Origin: a virus
Direction: 5' to 3' (one strand)
DNA length: 64,000 nucleotides
Virus record (IMG/VR): IMGVR_UViG_3300045988_117195
Span: 31,385 to 95,384 of that record
A program made the position numbers and the translations under genes. This document shows, one piece after another, positions 10,033 to 21,000 of the stretch (positions within the stretch are counted from its first letter, which is position 1; each line of letters starts with the position of its first letter). The notes beneath the pieces are model-generated. The model did no database searches. It had not been told where the DNA came from and saw only the letters and a program-made list of their open reading frames with translations.

Positions 10033-10410
10033 ATGATAGTATATGATTTAAATTCAGGACACAGAGAATATCCTGGATATGATGAGATAGAAGACAGGCG
10101 AGGTGGAGGCAGAGGCAGAAGCCGGCGTGCTGATGGAACGTACATGGAGTACGGACATGGGTTCCTTCCTCCTTATGATCATTACGGTATGCATGAGAAG
10201 ATGAAGGAAATGGAAGAACGCGAAAACGAGCTGGAAGAAAGGGAAAGAAGGCTTGAGGAGCGCGAACGTCGTCATGAAATGGAGGACCGGGAATACCGGA
10301 GGATGGGTTACGAATCCTACCCGACCGATTACTATGGAGACGACAGATACTACGGTGACGGACCTCAGATGCGTAGAGGTCGCGGACGTGGCAGAGGTCG
10401 TTCTTATTGA
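10033..10410 (+). CDS. RGG/RG-rich and Glu-Arg repeat (EERERRLEERERR) low-complexity protein, possible nucleic-acid-binding
   Basis: N-terminal RGGGRGRSRR, central ER repeats, C-terminal RRGRGRGRGRSY, many Tyr. Confidence 0.5.
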   Translation: MIVYDLNSGHREYPGYDEIEDRRGGGRGRSRRADGTYMEYGHGFLPPYDHYGMHEKMKEMEERENELEERERRLEERERRHEMEDREYRRMGYESYPTDYYGDDRYYGDGPQMRRGRGRGRGRSY

Positions 10411-10503
10411 GGAGCAGACGCAGAGGATCCAGCTTATCAGAAATATGTAGATACTTACGGCTACCATTTTTCTAATGCTCTTGCTGATGAGGCGGTAAAG
10501 AAG

Positions 10504-10797
10504 ATGGTCAACGTCGATGGATCCAAGAGGATCTGGAAGCAGCCGGAAATAAAAGATATTTTTGAAAAGTGCGGAGCGAAGAAGCCGGATAAAGCGACAT
10601 GGGGCGATGTCCAATATGTCTTTGCAATGTACTATTCGGATGGTTTTCCGAAGGTCTTCAAATGTGAGAACGAGTTGGTGAAAGCTACGTTAATGTATTT
10701 GGATGATCCGGATGCTCCCGAAGGAGTAGCCTTTATAAGATGGCTTGCCGTGCAAGATTACCTCGGCGAAAAAATAAACTGGAAGGATCTGACCTGA
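10504..10797 (+). CDS. hypothetical protein
   Basis: ORF in plus block. Confidence 0.45.
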   Translation: MVNVDGSKRIWKQPEIKDIFEKCGAKKPDKATWGDVQYVFAMYYSDGFPKVFKCENELVKATLMYLDDPDAPEGVAFIRWLAVQDYLGEKINWKDLT

Positions 10798-10903
10798 GAT
10801 CCAGGCCCAGGCCCTTCCGGTGGTGCGGGAGCCATAGTAAAAAATATGATTCCCGCATTCCCGTTTTTCCCGTTTGGAAAAAAAGGAATAAAAAAAATGT
10901 TAT

Positions 10904-10960
10904 ACCGGTCGGCGGGCAATAGAATACCCGTGGCCGGTTTGTTTCACATAACTTTTTTTT
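10904..10960 (+). terminator. imperfect GC-rich hairpin followed by T-tract
   Basis: accggtcggcggg...cccgtggccggt then ttgtttcacataactttttttt. Confidence 0.35.
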
Positions 10961-11141
10961 GGACATGAATATGGCACACGAATCTAAATCAAATAAAACC
11001 CCATTGTATTTAATAGGAGAGTTGATTGGCGTACCGAATACGGTTATGGACTCAGCATTGCATGAACTGAAAGATAGAATAGACAAAGACCCTAAATATA
11101 AAGATGTTAAAAATTGGCTCGAATCTTTACCCAAGATCTGA
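10959..11141 (+). CDS. hypothetical small protein
   Basis: 60-aa ORF between two terminator-like hairpins. Confidence 0.3.
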   Translation: MDMNMAHESKSNKTPLYLIGELIGVPNTVMDSALHELKDRIDKDPKYKDVKNWLESLPKI

Positions 11142-11164
11142 ACCTATTTTTTTTCAATACCAGG

Positions 11165-11200
11165 CCCGATGCGATTTTAACGTATCGGGTTTTTATTTTA
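11165..11200 (+). terminator. rho-independent terminator
   Basis: cccgat...atcggg stem then tttttatttta. Confidence 0.4.
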
Positions 11201-11269
11201 ATTCATATTGTTTTATTTTAAATCTAATTAATTTATGAATGTCGTACTTTTGTTGAAAAAGTATTTTTT

Positions 11270-11497
11270 ATGGAAAATAAGGAAGATTACGTTGGTTACG
11301 AAGATCAAGAACTGTGTAACCGGTATTACAAAGAGGCTGAAGCCATGAGGCAAAAGCAGGACTGGTCTCGGCTTAGGGCTGTCCCTGCTCCGGCTAAGGG
11401 AACGCCATCGCCCGGCTGGGGTCAGCTTGGACGTGGAAATGATGTCCGTGTCAAGTATGTTAGCATCAATTCAGGATTAGGAGGGGACAGATTATGA
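11270..11497 (+). CDS. hypothetical protein
   Basis: ORF in plus block. Confidence 0.35.
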   Translation: MENKEDYVGYEDQELCNRYYKEAEAMRQKQDWSRLRAVPAPAKGTPSPGWGQLGRGNDVRVKYVSINSGLGGDRL

Positions 11498-11709
11498 CCG
11501 TAGAAGAATTGGCTAATAAAAGATACGGTGGCGAATTTGTTTTCATGTTTGGTCATCTTGAAGGTAGAACAAGATTCGTTTTTGAATGCTTTGATCCAAG
11601 ACCTGATCATGAAGGTAAAAACACTTATATAGTTTCTTATTTTGATAAGGGACTTCGTAGAAGAGATGTGGTAGATGTGCCATGTTATATGAATGTTTTA
11701 GCAAAATAA
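11494..11709 (+). CDS. hypothetical protein
   Basis: ORF with SD aggaggg upstream; overlaps previous stop (ATGA). Confidence 0.45.
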   Translation: MTVEELANKRYGGEFVFMFGHLEGRTRFVFECFDPRPDHEGKNTYIVSYFDKGLRRRDVVDVPCYMNVLAK

Positions 11710-11729
11710 ATTAAAATATTGTAAATATC

Positions 11730-12365
11730 GTGGTTAGAATCGCATATTTCGGAACCGATGGCTGCCCCGGTCATCACGTTATTCCAATACGAGGTAAATT
11801 CACAGAAGAGGATATTAAGGTAATAGAATCTGTAGATTGTGATGATTTCTATAAGGTGTTTGATGTCATGCGTTTTAAGATAGCTGAGTTTAAAGGATGG
11901 ACGATATTGGGAATCCCGGCAAGCTTAGACGATCATAGACCTGGAAGCAAAACCGTTATCTTCATAGAGGGTGAAGCTAACGAAGCTGATTTTATAGAAG
12001 TCACACAAGAGTATTCTTTTCTTAAAAATAAGGTAAAGAAACTTGCCGAATTGTATCATGATGGAGAATGGCTTGCGACTGGTAAATTGAATCAAGATCC
12101 GCCTACTAACAAGGAGCGGTTTCAATTTACGTTAGACAAGGATGATATTATTAACATGATTAGGGGAGTCGATTTAGATCCTTATTCTGATGTGGCGAAT
12201 GAAATGGAGAAAATCGGATTGGGATCATCATCTGATTCTTCATATGAGGGTCCCACATGGTCTTGGTTTGTTAACAAAGTAGAACTTTGGCAGAAGAATA
12301 ATGTATGGGATAGTTTCTCCGCTGAGTTTTTGTGGGGTTTGTATTGTAGGATAAAGAAAGTATAG
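11730..12365 (+). CDS. hypothetical protein
   Basis: ORF in plus block. Confidence 0.5.
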   Translation: MVRIAYFGTDGCPGHHVIPIRGKFTEEDIKVIESVDCDDFYKVFDVMRFKIAEFKGWTILGIPASLDDHRPGSKTVIFIEGEANEADFIEVTQEYSFLKNKVKKLAELYHDGEWLATGKLNQDPPTNKERFQFTLDKDDIINMIRGVDLDPYSDVANEMEKIGLGSSSDSSYEGPTWSWFVNKVELWQKNNVWDSFSAEFLWGLYCRIKKV

Positions 12366-12388
12366 TAACAATTAATTTAAAACAAATC

Positions 12389-13264
12389 ATGGAATTAAAA
12401 GATTTTAAAGATGTGGTTAGAGTAATGACAAAAGAAGAGTTCGAATCAACAATCGAAGAAGATATTAAATTCGTTGAGGGATTCAAGAATTTCTTAAAAC
12501 ATGATGATGCCACGAGGATAGTAGAGCATATCAAGTCTGTGTTAGAAGCATCAGTAGATTACTACTATCCTAATCATCCTGAAGTAGAATTTGAAAAAGA
12601 TTTTAATATACAATACGATGTCAATAATATCTTGAACAAATACGGCCACACCGAAATGGGTATGTATAAAATACAGCTCTATATAGAGAATATTTTGGGT
12701 AGTATTCAAAACAAGAAGCCTGTAGACGTGGGAGAAGTCTCTGACGGATACCACACTTTCAATGAATTGTATCGGTATCGCATGTTGTATAACGCTGCCT
12801 TCTTTAATCTATTAGCCAGAAGCGGACAGGTTGAAGTTTGCAAATCAAGGAGACACAGCGACGGAGAAAAATGCTTCGGTTCTGATGATTGGTTTATTGT
12901 GATGGCGATCCTGCCTACCGGTCAGGTATCTAATCACTATGAAAGCAAATACTGGGATTTGTTTGATGTTCCTGAAAGAAAAACCGCTTTCGAATACGAT
13001 GGCCATACACCAAATGAAGCCGCCGACAGACTTGAAAAGTATCTCAAACTGCCTCGTCATGGCATGACATTCGAAAAGGCTTTAGAACAGCTTAAATTAG
13101 GTCGTAAGATAAAAAGAATCGATTGGGGTAAAAAGTATATCTGTATGTTTATTGTAGAATCTGACGTAAATATATTGATGGTAGATACAGGTCAAAAAGT
13201 AGCATCAAATTGGAATCCAACCGAACATGATATTATGTCTAATGACTGGGAGATTGCGGGATGA
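12389..13264 (+). CDS. hypothetical protein with C-terminal DUF2829-like motif (tentative)
   Basis: C-terminus FEKALEQLKLGRKIKRIDWGKKYI...NWNPTEHDIMSNDWEI resembles small phage DUF2829 module. Confidence 0.5.
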   Translation: MELKDFKDVVRVMTKEEFESTIEEDIKFVEGFKNFLKHDDATRIVEHIKSVLEASVDYYYPNHPEVEFEKDFNIQYDVNNILNKYGHTEMGMYKIQLYIENILGSIQNKKPVDVGEVSDGYHTFNELYRYRMLYNAAFFNLLARSGQVEVCKSRRHSDGEKCFGSDDWFIVMAILPTGQVSNHYESKYWDLFDVPERKTAFEYDGHTPNEAADRLEKYLKLPRHGMTFEKALEQLKLGRKIKRIDWGKKYICMFIVESDVNILMVDTGQKVASNWNPTEHDIMSNDWEIAG

Positions 13265-13536
13265 GTTTGTTTGTATGTTCAAAATGTGGCTGGGTAGATA
13301 AAAAAACCACGTCCCGTTACTGGGCTCTTGTGAGACCTTGTAAGAATCGTGTCTATGATGAGTCGCTAAAGGGATATGAAGGCAAGCCTCTTTGTTCTGA
13401 ATGTGCCGCTATTGAATATCATAAGGATGATAAGCCGGTGGTGGTTCCTGGAACGTGGCATGGTAATTTCAAGAAGGAATGGCCTACTGAAGAAGAAAAG
13501 AAGCATATTGGTAAAAATGGTATTTTAAATTATTGA
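13261..13536 (+). CDS. zinc-ribbon protein
   Basis: CSKCGW...C and CSEC pairs; overlapping start/stop with neighbours. Confidence 0.45.
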   Translation: MSLFVCSKCGWVDKKTTSRYWALVRPCKNRVYDESLKGYEGKPLCSECAAIEYHKDDKPVVVPGTWHGNFKKEWPTEEEKKHIGKNGILNY

Positions 13537-13539
13537 TTT

Positions 13540-13845
13540 ATGTGTGATAAGGAAATTGTTATATGCGCAGCTATCTGGGTTCAAGATTACAAGAACAAGC
13601 CTCACGGTCCAGTAAATATACCATCTGGAACCGTATTTTGTGGATTGAGACACTGTTCCATAATATCGCAACTTGCGGCATACGGTATAGCTCATAAAAA
13701 CCGCAGTGTTCAAGGATTTTTGACAAGCAAGAACCGGTTTCTGACGAGAGAAGAAGCGTCTGAGCTTGTTAAGAACAATAATCAGGAGATGGTAGTAGAT
13801 AGGAATGCTATTAGAGAACAATTGTATTCAGAAGATTTATATTAA
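13540..13845 (+). CDS. hypothetical protein
   Basis: ORF in plus block. Confidence 0.45.
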   Translation: MCDKEIVICAAIWVQDYKNKPHGPVNIPSGTVFCGLRHCSIISQLAAYGIAHKNRSVQGFLTSKNRFLTREEASELVKNNNQEMVVDRNAIREQLYSEDLY

Positions 13846-13862
13846 CTAAAAAACAAAACAAC

Positions 13863-14219
13863 ATGGGGTTTAAAATCAAAAAGTCAATCATTTATAATAT
13901 GATGAACGGCAGTCGGGTAGAGTACGAATTTGACAATACCAAGGATTTTGATTATATTACATTTAAGGGTGATGGCAAAGAGTCTTTTTCATTTAACGCA
14001 ATCCTTGTTAAACAATTAATTGAAACATTTGAAATCATGTTGCAGGATATATATTCTGATAATTATAAGCTTAAGGTTTATGCTGGTAATTGCATAGCTC
14101 AATTGAACGTAAATCCAAAGGACTCAAGTGAATCCTTTTTTGACGTATATGATAAAGATGAAACGAAACTGATATATGGAATAGAGATCGGTATTCTGAA
14201 AGAAATGTTTGGCATATGA
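13863..14219 (+). CDS. hypothetical protein
   Basis: ORF in plus block. Confidence 0.45.
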   Translation: MGFKIKKSIIYNMMNGSRVEYEFDNTKDFDYITFKGDGKESFSFNAILVKQLIETFEIMLQDIYSDNYKLKVYAGNCIAQLNVNPKDSSESFFDVYDKDETKLIYGIEIGILKEMFGI

Positions 14220-14536
14220 TTACTAAACAAGATATACAAGCAGCAGCATCGTATATTTTCCGAAGCAGTTTTGTCTCAGAAGACCAGGCAAGGAAAGTAA
14301 CGATAAGAGCCGGTAATAACGCTACCAAGAACCTTGTCAAGACCTTCAGAGGAAAGTTGTTCAAGAAGGCTTTTGGAAGAGCTCGTAGAGGAAAGGATAT
14401 CAGTTCTTTTGAAAGACAAGAAAAAGAAAGTGGTTTTAATTTTCTTTATAATCCTAATAATGGTCGTATGCGAAGCGGTCATATTATAATAGACGGAATT
14501 GGTCTGTTTAAACAAATAATAGAGTCGGGTACGTAA
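14216..14536 (+). CDS. hypothetical basic protein
   Basis: ORF overlapping previous stop. Confidence 0.4.
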   Translation: MITKQDIQAAASYIFRSSFVSEDQARKVTIRAGNNATKNLVKTFRGKLFKKAFGRARRGKDISSFERQEKESGFNFLYNPNNGRMRSGHIIIDGIGLFKQIIESGT

Positions 14537-14564
14537 GTTATCCGACTTTTTATATATTTGTGGC

Positions 14565-14888
14565 ATGGCAAGAGGTTATTATTGGATACCACAAACAGAT
14601 GAAACGTTAAATGGCAGAAGCTATTACGTGGCTAAGATAGTAGGGGATATCACGTTTGATACTAAACGAAAAAGAATCGTATTTCAAGCTGATAGGTATT
14701 TCCCTGTAGGATCTGTTTTCCATTTTACGCACAATTGCTTCAATTATATCATAACTTGCCGACTTCGTAAGCCTGGGTTGTGGTATGAGGCAAGGAGGGA
14801 AGACTGCGGACCTATTGGACCGGATGATGTGGAAAGGTTCGAATCAGGAAGGTTTATTCATAGAAATGGGTACAAATACAATGCATAA
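14565..14888 (+). CDS. hypothetical protein
   Basis: ORF in plus block. Confidence 0.45.
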   Translation: MARGYYWIPQTDETLNGRSYYVAKIVGDITFDTKRKRIVFQADRYFPVGSVFHFTHNCFNYIITCRLRKPGLWYEARREDCGPIGPDDVERFESGRFIHRNGYKYNA

Positions 14889-14939
14889 GCGTAACTTGAC
14901 GATTTGCGTCAGATTATAATTTTTTTTCATATTATTTTT

Positions 14940-14978
14940 AAGCCATCAGACTGAGAAGTTAGATGGCTTAATTTTTTA
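14940..14978 (+). terminator. rho-independent terminator (8-bp stem aagccatc/gatggctt, T-tract)
   Basis: Perfect 8-bp inverted repeat then aatttttta, upstream of giant gene. Confidence 0.5.
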
Positions 14979-15029
14979 TGATATGCTTGATTTTTAGCTA
15001 CCTTTGTCTCATAACAAAAATGTTTTATC

Positions 15030-18000
15030 ATGGTATCAACGTGTATTATTAAAAGAGATAATAAAAAGAAAGTTGTTTCTGTCTCTACCAGATCAGGGGA
15101 CAGGTCTATGTTATTCGATAAGATAGCATCTATTCCTCTTATGGAAAATAGGGAACGGGCTACTACTGTTTTTAAAACCGTATTTTCTAATAAGTTCTTA
15201 AAGGCTTTTGGTGACTGGAGAAGGAATGTGCCTATCAACAAACAGGCTTACAATAAGGTAAAATCCAATATCGACCTTATTCCGGAAGCCTATAGAGAAA
15301 GGGTGCTGGATAAGGCTTCTAAGATGAGCAACCCTATTCTTGTGTCGAAATCAGATGCACCTTATGGGATTCAAGAATCAGGCTTTGGATTCTATAGCCA
15401 GGATCTGGGTGATAATATTATGTTGGTGGATGCTATGGTTCCGTCAGGTATTTCCATACCGGAAGGACCGGGAATAGACGCCGGCCAGTATCTACAAGAT
15501 GCTATATCTTCAGACTTCACTCCCGTATCTATGGTACAGGATAAGGGTGTTGATTATATGGTCATAAAAGACGGTCTTAAGATATTTAGCCCAGAAGAGC
15601 TACCAGAGGCAGATTCTAATCCTGTGGGTGTAACGTATCAGACTGGAGAGCCTCGTTTGTTTTTCATGAACGATCGTAATCAATTATTTGAAGATTACGG
15701 AGAAGCTCTTCGCTCTGGAGGGAATGATATTAGAATAGGATTCTTATCAGGCATCGTTCAAGAATCTACCGTGGATGGAGTGGCAGACATTACTTACAAG
15801 GCTGGAAAGTATGTTCTTAATAATCCCAAGTCTTTTATACCGGTCATGACCGCTTCCGCTTCTACTTCTTTATCAACAAAAGGCGGTATAATTAACTACC
15901 TTATAAAGAAAGGTCTTTTGTCCGGATCCAAGATATTCGATCCGGAAACAAGAAGCTATTATATTACAGGAGAAGGACATACAGGACAAATTAGACTTTT
16001 CAATTCAGCATTATCCTACACTGAGCTCCGTAATCATTTTGGTTCTGATGTTTCCATGAATGATCAAGGCATGATAACCATAAATTCATTGGATAATAGT
16101 AAGGTAACTATGAGACTCGCCACCGGAGGAACGGAAAGGGTTAGCAGGGGGCAGATAAAGAACGATCTCAAGTCAGGAAGATACAATGAATTGGATGCTA
16201 AATACGATCACTTTGATGCGCTTGTAGTTTCATTTATATTAGAAGACAATGATCTTTATGCTGATACTAAAGCTAAGATAGTATCGGATTATAGCCAAGA
16301 GGAACGTAATCAACGAAATTCTATTGTTGAGATACTGAAAACGCTGGGCGTTAGTGTCGTTGGCATGACCGATTATATAGAGAAGTACCAAACTAAATAC
16401 GGACACGAACCTTCTGCTAAAGCATTGGCGGATATTGCCAATAACGTAATAGCAGTCGGTGAAGATGCTACTTTGTCTGACTTAGTAGAAGAAACAGCAC
16501 ACTTTCTCGTAGAGGCGTACAGAGATCAGAATGCTGTTGAATCTGTTTTGCAAGATGTAGAAGGCACTGAAGAATGGAATCAGTATGCAGGTCAGTATTA
16601 TAATACATACGGTAAGGTATATGAAGGCTCTGAACTTGATAATGCTGTTAGGAGAGAAATTCTTGGAAAGATCCTCGCCAGGGAGATGCAGACCGGCACA
16701 GCACAGGCGCCGGTAGAGCCTACCTCCTTCCTGGGGCGCGTCCGGCAGCTTCTCTCTGGAATAGTAAGCTGGCTTAAATCAGCTTTATCTACCCAAAGAC
16801 AAGATTTGAATAATGTTATTAAAAACATTCGCGATCTTGCTATTACCGACATAGATAAAGGATTTGACACCTCTCTGTTAAAGGATAATGATTTTACATT
16901 ATACTCTCTTTCTTCTATGAACAAGAACAAGTTTCTTGAGTCTAAGATCAGATCACTAAGAAAAACCTTAAGAGACTTACGTCAGATAAGCTCTGATAGG
17001 GCTGTAACTACGTCTATGACTCTTGCTCAGCTTAAGACCATAGAAGATAAGATAAATAAGGTAGAGACCGAAATAGACAAGAATGAGATGGCGGCTGCCA
17101 TGAACAGCATGATCTCCACAGCCGAAGCTCAGGTCAGATACTTAAGTAATGTGGTAAACACCATCCTTCATGGTGATACCAAAGACGGTAAGCTTCACTT
17201 CAATACCAATGATCGAAAGAACGTAGATATTATCAACAATCAGGTTCTTCCGATCATGAACGATCTTCGAGGATATATCCGTAACAGAAGTACCGAATTT
17301 GATGAGCGTGAAAAGCAGGATTATACAAATAGGATCAATACCGTCATTGCCGACATCAACGGTATTCAGTCTGATATTAAATCAGTACAAGATCTTGATG
17401 AAAGTACGTTGCTTGACAAGTTAATGAACGAACTTCATGTGCCGGCAGATAAGGTAAAGAGAGTAAAAGAGTTCTTTGATAAGGTTCAACACGATGTTTC
17501 TTGGATAAGTAGGTGGTTCGGTATATTAGAGCATTCTTCCAGCCCGTTCAACAACGCTCTTGGAGCTATGATTGCCAAAGACAATTACAATGCGATGGTG
17601 AATGCCCAGCCCGCCATATCCGACTTCCTGGCATATGCGAAAAAGCATGGTTTCAATAAATCTGAATTTGAAAAACTGCTTCAGAAAGTAGACGGCAAAA
17701 CTTCTAATTACCTTCGTAGTGCTCTTGATATGGCTAAATACGATCGTAATAAGAAGCTGGCGCAGATGCGAGCGTTTGCGACCGCCATGAACATAGAGAT
17801 ATCAGAAGAAGAAATCAATGATGTGGTTGACAATAACCGTAATTACGTATTTAAAAGAGAAGTAGTTGACAAGGACGGAAATACGGTTACTGAGAACGCT
17901 AAATTTAAACCGTCGTCCGATAGGGTTAATACCGATATTTTTACTATCGAACAGGAAAAAATCTATACGGAACAGATGGAAAAATGGGATGCTGAAAATT

Positions 18001-21000
18001 CGGAACTGGAATTTAGCGAAAGTTATGCCACAAGAATGGAATCCATATACAAAAAGGCTGAAGAAGAATTAGGGCATCCGGTTTCTCAAACAACCAAAGA
18101 ATACCTTAATGCTCTTTCTCGGCAGAAGCGGATATTGAGGCAGCCTTTTATTGATAGCAATGGTAATTTTGATGAGGTTGCTTACTATAAGAGTAGTAAC
18201 TACGAAGAAGAAGGACTGCTTCGTAAACAACGTAAGGAAGCAGCTTCAGAATACATATATGTAGGAACCAGGAGAGTGGAAAAAACTGGCGACCAACTTA
18301 AGATGGCCAAAGAAATACAAGCCATAAATGAAGTTTGGAGAAAAGAATCAAATAATGCCACTAATGCCGTATCAGAATCGTTTTTGCAAAAATTAAGAAC
18401 GATTCAGAACGAGTCAGGAGGAGAAGCTGCGCTGAAGACACTTATGTTGGGGGGGCACCTGTCATTCAACGATCGGTTTTGGAATGACGTAGAATCAGAA
18501 CAATCGGCGCGTACCGAATCAAATAACAAGGCTTCGTATCTTAAAATGGCACAAGACATCATTAGTTCTACGACAAGTGATAGAGATGCAACTGACGTGG
18601 ATTCGATTGTAAAAGATATAGAAAAAAATAAGGCTATTATAAAGGAAATAATCGGAAACAATCGCGATGTGGCTGATATCGGAGAAATTAATGAAGCGAC
18701 ATTTACCTCATCTGAAAGAGATGCTTTTAGGGCCGCATCTGAAGCTATTGAAGCCGATTACGCTATCTTAATAGATTATGCTAAGATGGTGGGTCTTGAA
18801 GATATTGATAAGTACCTTACTAAAAGCAGTAAGGCTGAAAACGAAGTAAATCAGTCTTATTTAAATGCTCTTGCTGACTCCAAGGAAGTGGAATGGAAGT
18901 TCGTACAACGTCATACTACGGCGAAGAAAGCAAAAAGGATTCAAGCCTTAAGGGATAAGTTATTCAAAGCTGCTGATAACCGGTATCTGTTTACCGTATC
19001 TGAAACCAACTACTTGTCAGAAAAGCTTGGAATAAGCAAAGAATTAGACGGTAGAGATTTTAGGAATGCCGTCAATGCTAAAATGGCCAGCTTGTTTTTA
19101 AATAACACAAGAGAATCAGGTATAGAAGAGGCTAATGCTATTGTTAATGAATTTGCCAGGAGCCAGGTCTTTTCATACTATAAACGCATGGCGCCTACCG
19201 GATATGCGGCTATGATCGACAAAATTGGTCGAGGTGAGATAGATGTGGCGCAGATGGTTAAGGACGTACAAAACGGTACATCCACCCAAGATTATGGCAT
19301 GGACATATCGTACCTGTCTTTCGACCCTGCAAGGGCATGGGTGGCTGAATCTGAAGCCGAAAATAGCGGTCGTAATCCTGATTATGTAAAAGATCATGGG
19401 TATGGTCATCGCATGCCTAAGAAAAGCCTGTATCGTGATGAATCGTATCTCAATGACTTTGGTATCAAATATGATGCTGATGGTAATGAGGTCGCTACTA
19501 AAAACGTAGAGCAGTGGAATATGATTCAAAAACTCAAGGAAATAAAAAGACAATCCCTTGATCTATACAAAGAGCAGAGCCCGAACCTGTATGCTATTCC
19601 ACAGATATCCAAACAAGATATAGAACGTATAGAAGGGTTAGGTATCAGCCTTAAAAGTACGGTCAGGAACTTCGTATCCGACTTATGTCTTGACCGCGTA
19701 GATGACTCCCTGTATGGTAAAACACGCCAGGGTGAGGTATATGATCCGGAAGATAGGGTTCGGTCCATACCTAAATACTACATATATGAATTAGAGAACC
19801 AAGATGACGTATCTCATGATTTTGGTTACTCTTATTCGATGCTTATGATGCAATCATCATTATACAACGAAAAGCAGAAATCTATAGAGCTTGCCCAAGG
19901 ACTGGAGCAGATGTTACTGAATAAACAATTTGAGGGCGGTAAGAAGGCTGAAGCAACCCAAGCATATCAGATGTTCAGGGACTTCTTCAACGATCATTAT
20001 TATGGCATTAGGATGAACACCAAAAAACTTACGGTGAACATCGGAGGATATACGGTAGACCTTACAAGAATTATGATGGCCGTTGAAAGATTTATGTCGG
20101 TTATGAACCTGGCGCTGTCTCCGTTTGTGGCAGCTACCGGCGCCTTAACAGGTCATATCAACCTCATCATGGAATCTGCCGTAGGACAGTATATAAGCAA
20201 AGACTCCCTTAAATACGCATCGGCTGAATTTTCACGCCTTGCTCCATCTTGTATAGCAGAAACCGGAGACATAGATAGGAAAAGCAAATTATATGTCATA
20301 GGTGAGAGAATGGGGATATTCAATATCCGAAATCGTATGTATGGTGCCGGATACAATAGAGTGGCCAGGACCTTAATGCGTTCGCCTATGTATGCTTTTA
20401 TGGAAATCCTGAACTACCCTCTTGATCCGCAGGTTATGATTGCTACTATGGACAATGTTCGTTATTACAAAGGTCGGTTCTACACGTTCCAAGATTTCAA
20501 GATGGAAAAAGAACGTAATAAAGAACAGAGTACCATAAAAAGAGAATGGAATGCATTAAAAGATCGTACTTTATGGAGTATGGTAGATGTCGTGGATGGG
20601 AAGGTGGTTGTAAAGCCCGGATCAGGTGTTACTGTTGAGGAAGTTGAAACCCAGATGGCTATAACCAGAAATCAAGTTCGTAGCTTGTCGCAGATATGTA
20701 ACGGATCTTTGAATGAAGAAAACCGAACTGCCGCATCGCGCAACTGGATAGCCAGGTTCATGACCGCCCACCGAGGATGGTTGGTGCTGGCGGCTCAACG
20801 TCTGTGGAAAAGACGTGGCTTCAATTTCCAGACAATGCAAGAAGAGGAAGGACTGTCAATTACGTTAAAGAATATGATAGCCAAAACATTTAGCTTAGCT
20901 TCCGAGTCTGGTATGAAAAACATCATAGATGCCTGGAACGAAAATAAAGACAATATGAATGAGGTAGAAAAAACCAATCTCAAACGTCTCAGTGTCTATG

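Noticed and set aside
16598-16930. Small antisense ORFs within the 2140-aa and 1246-aa genes (e.g. 16598-16930, 984-1343, 19173-19553)
   Set aside because: Embedded in long, well-supported ORFs on the other strand; typical chance ORFs.
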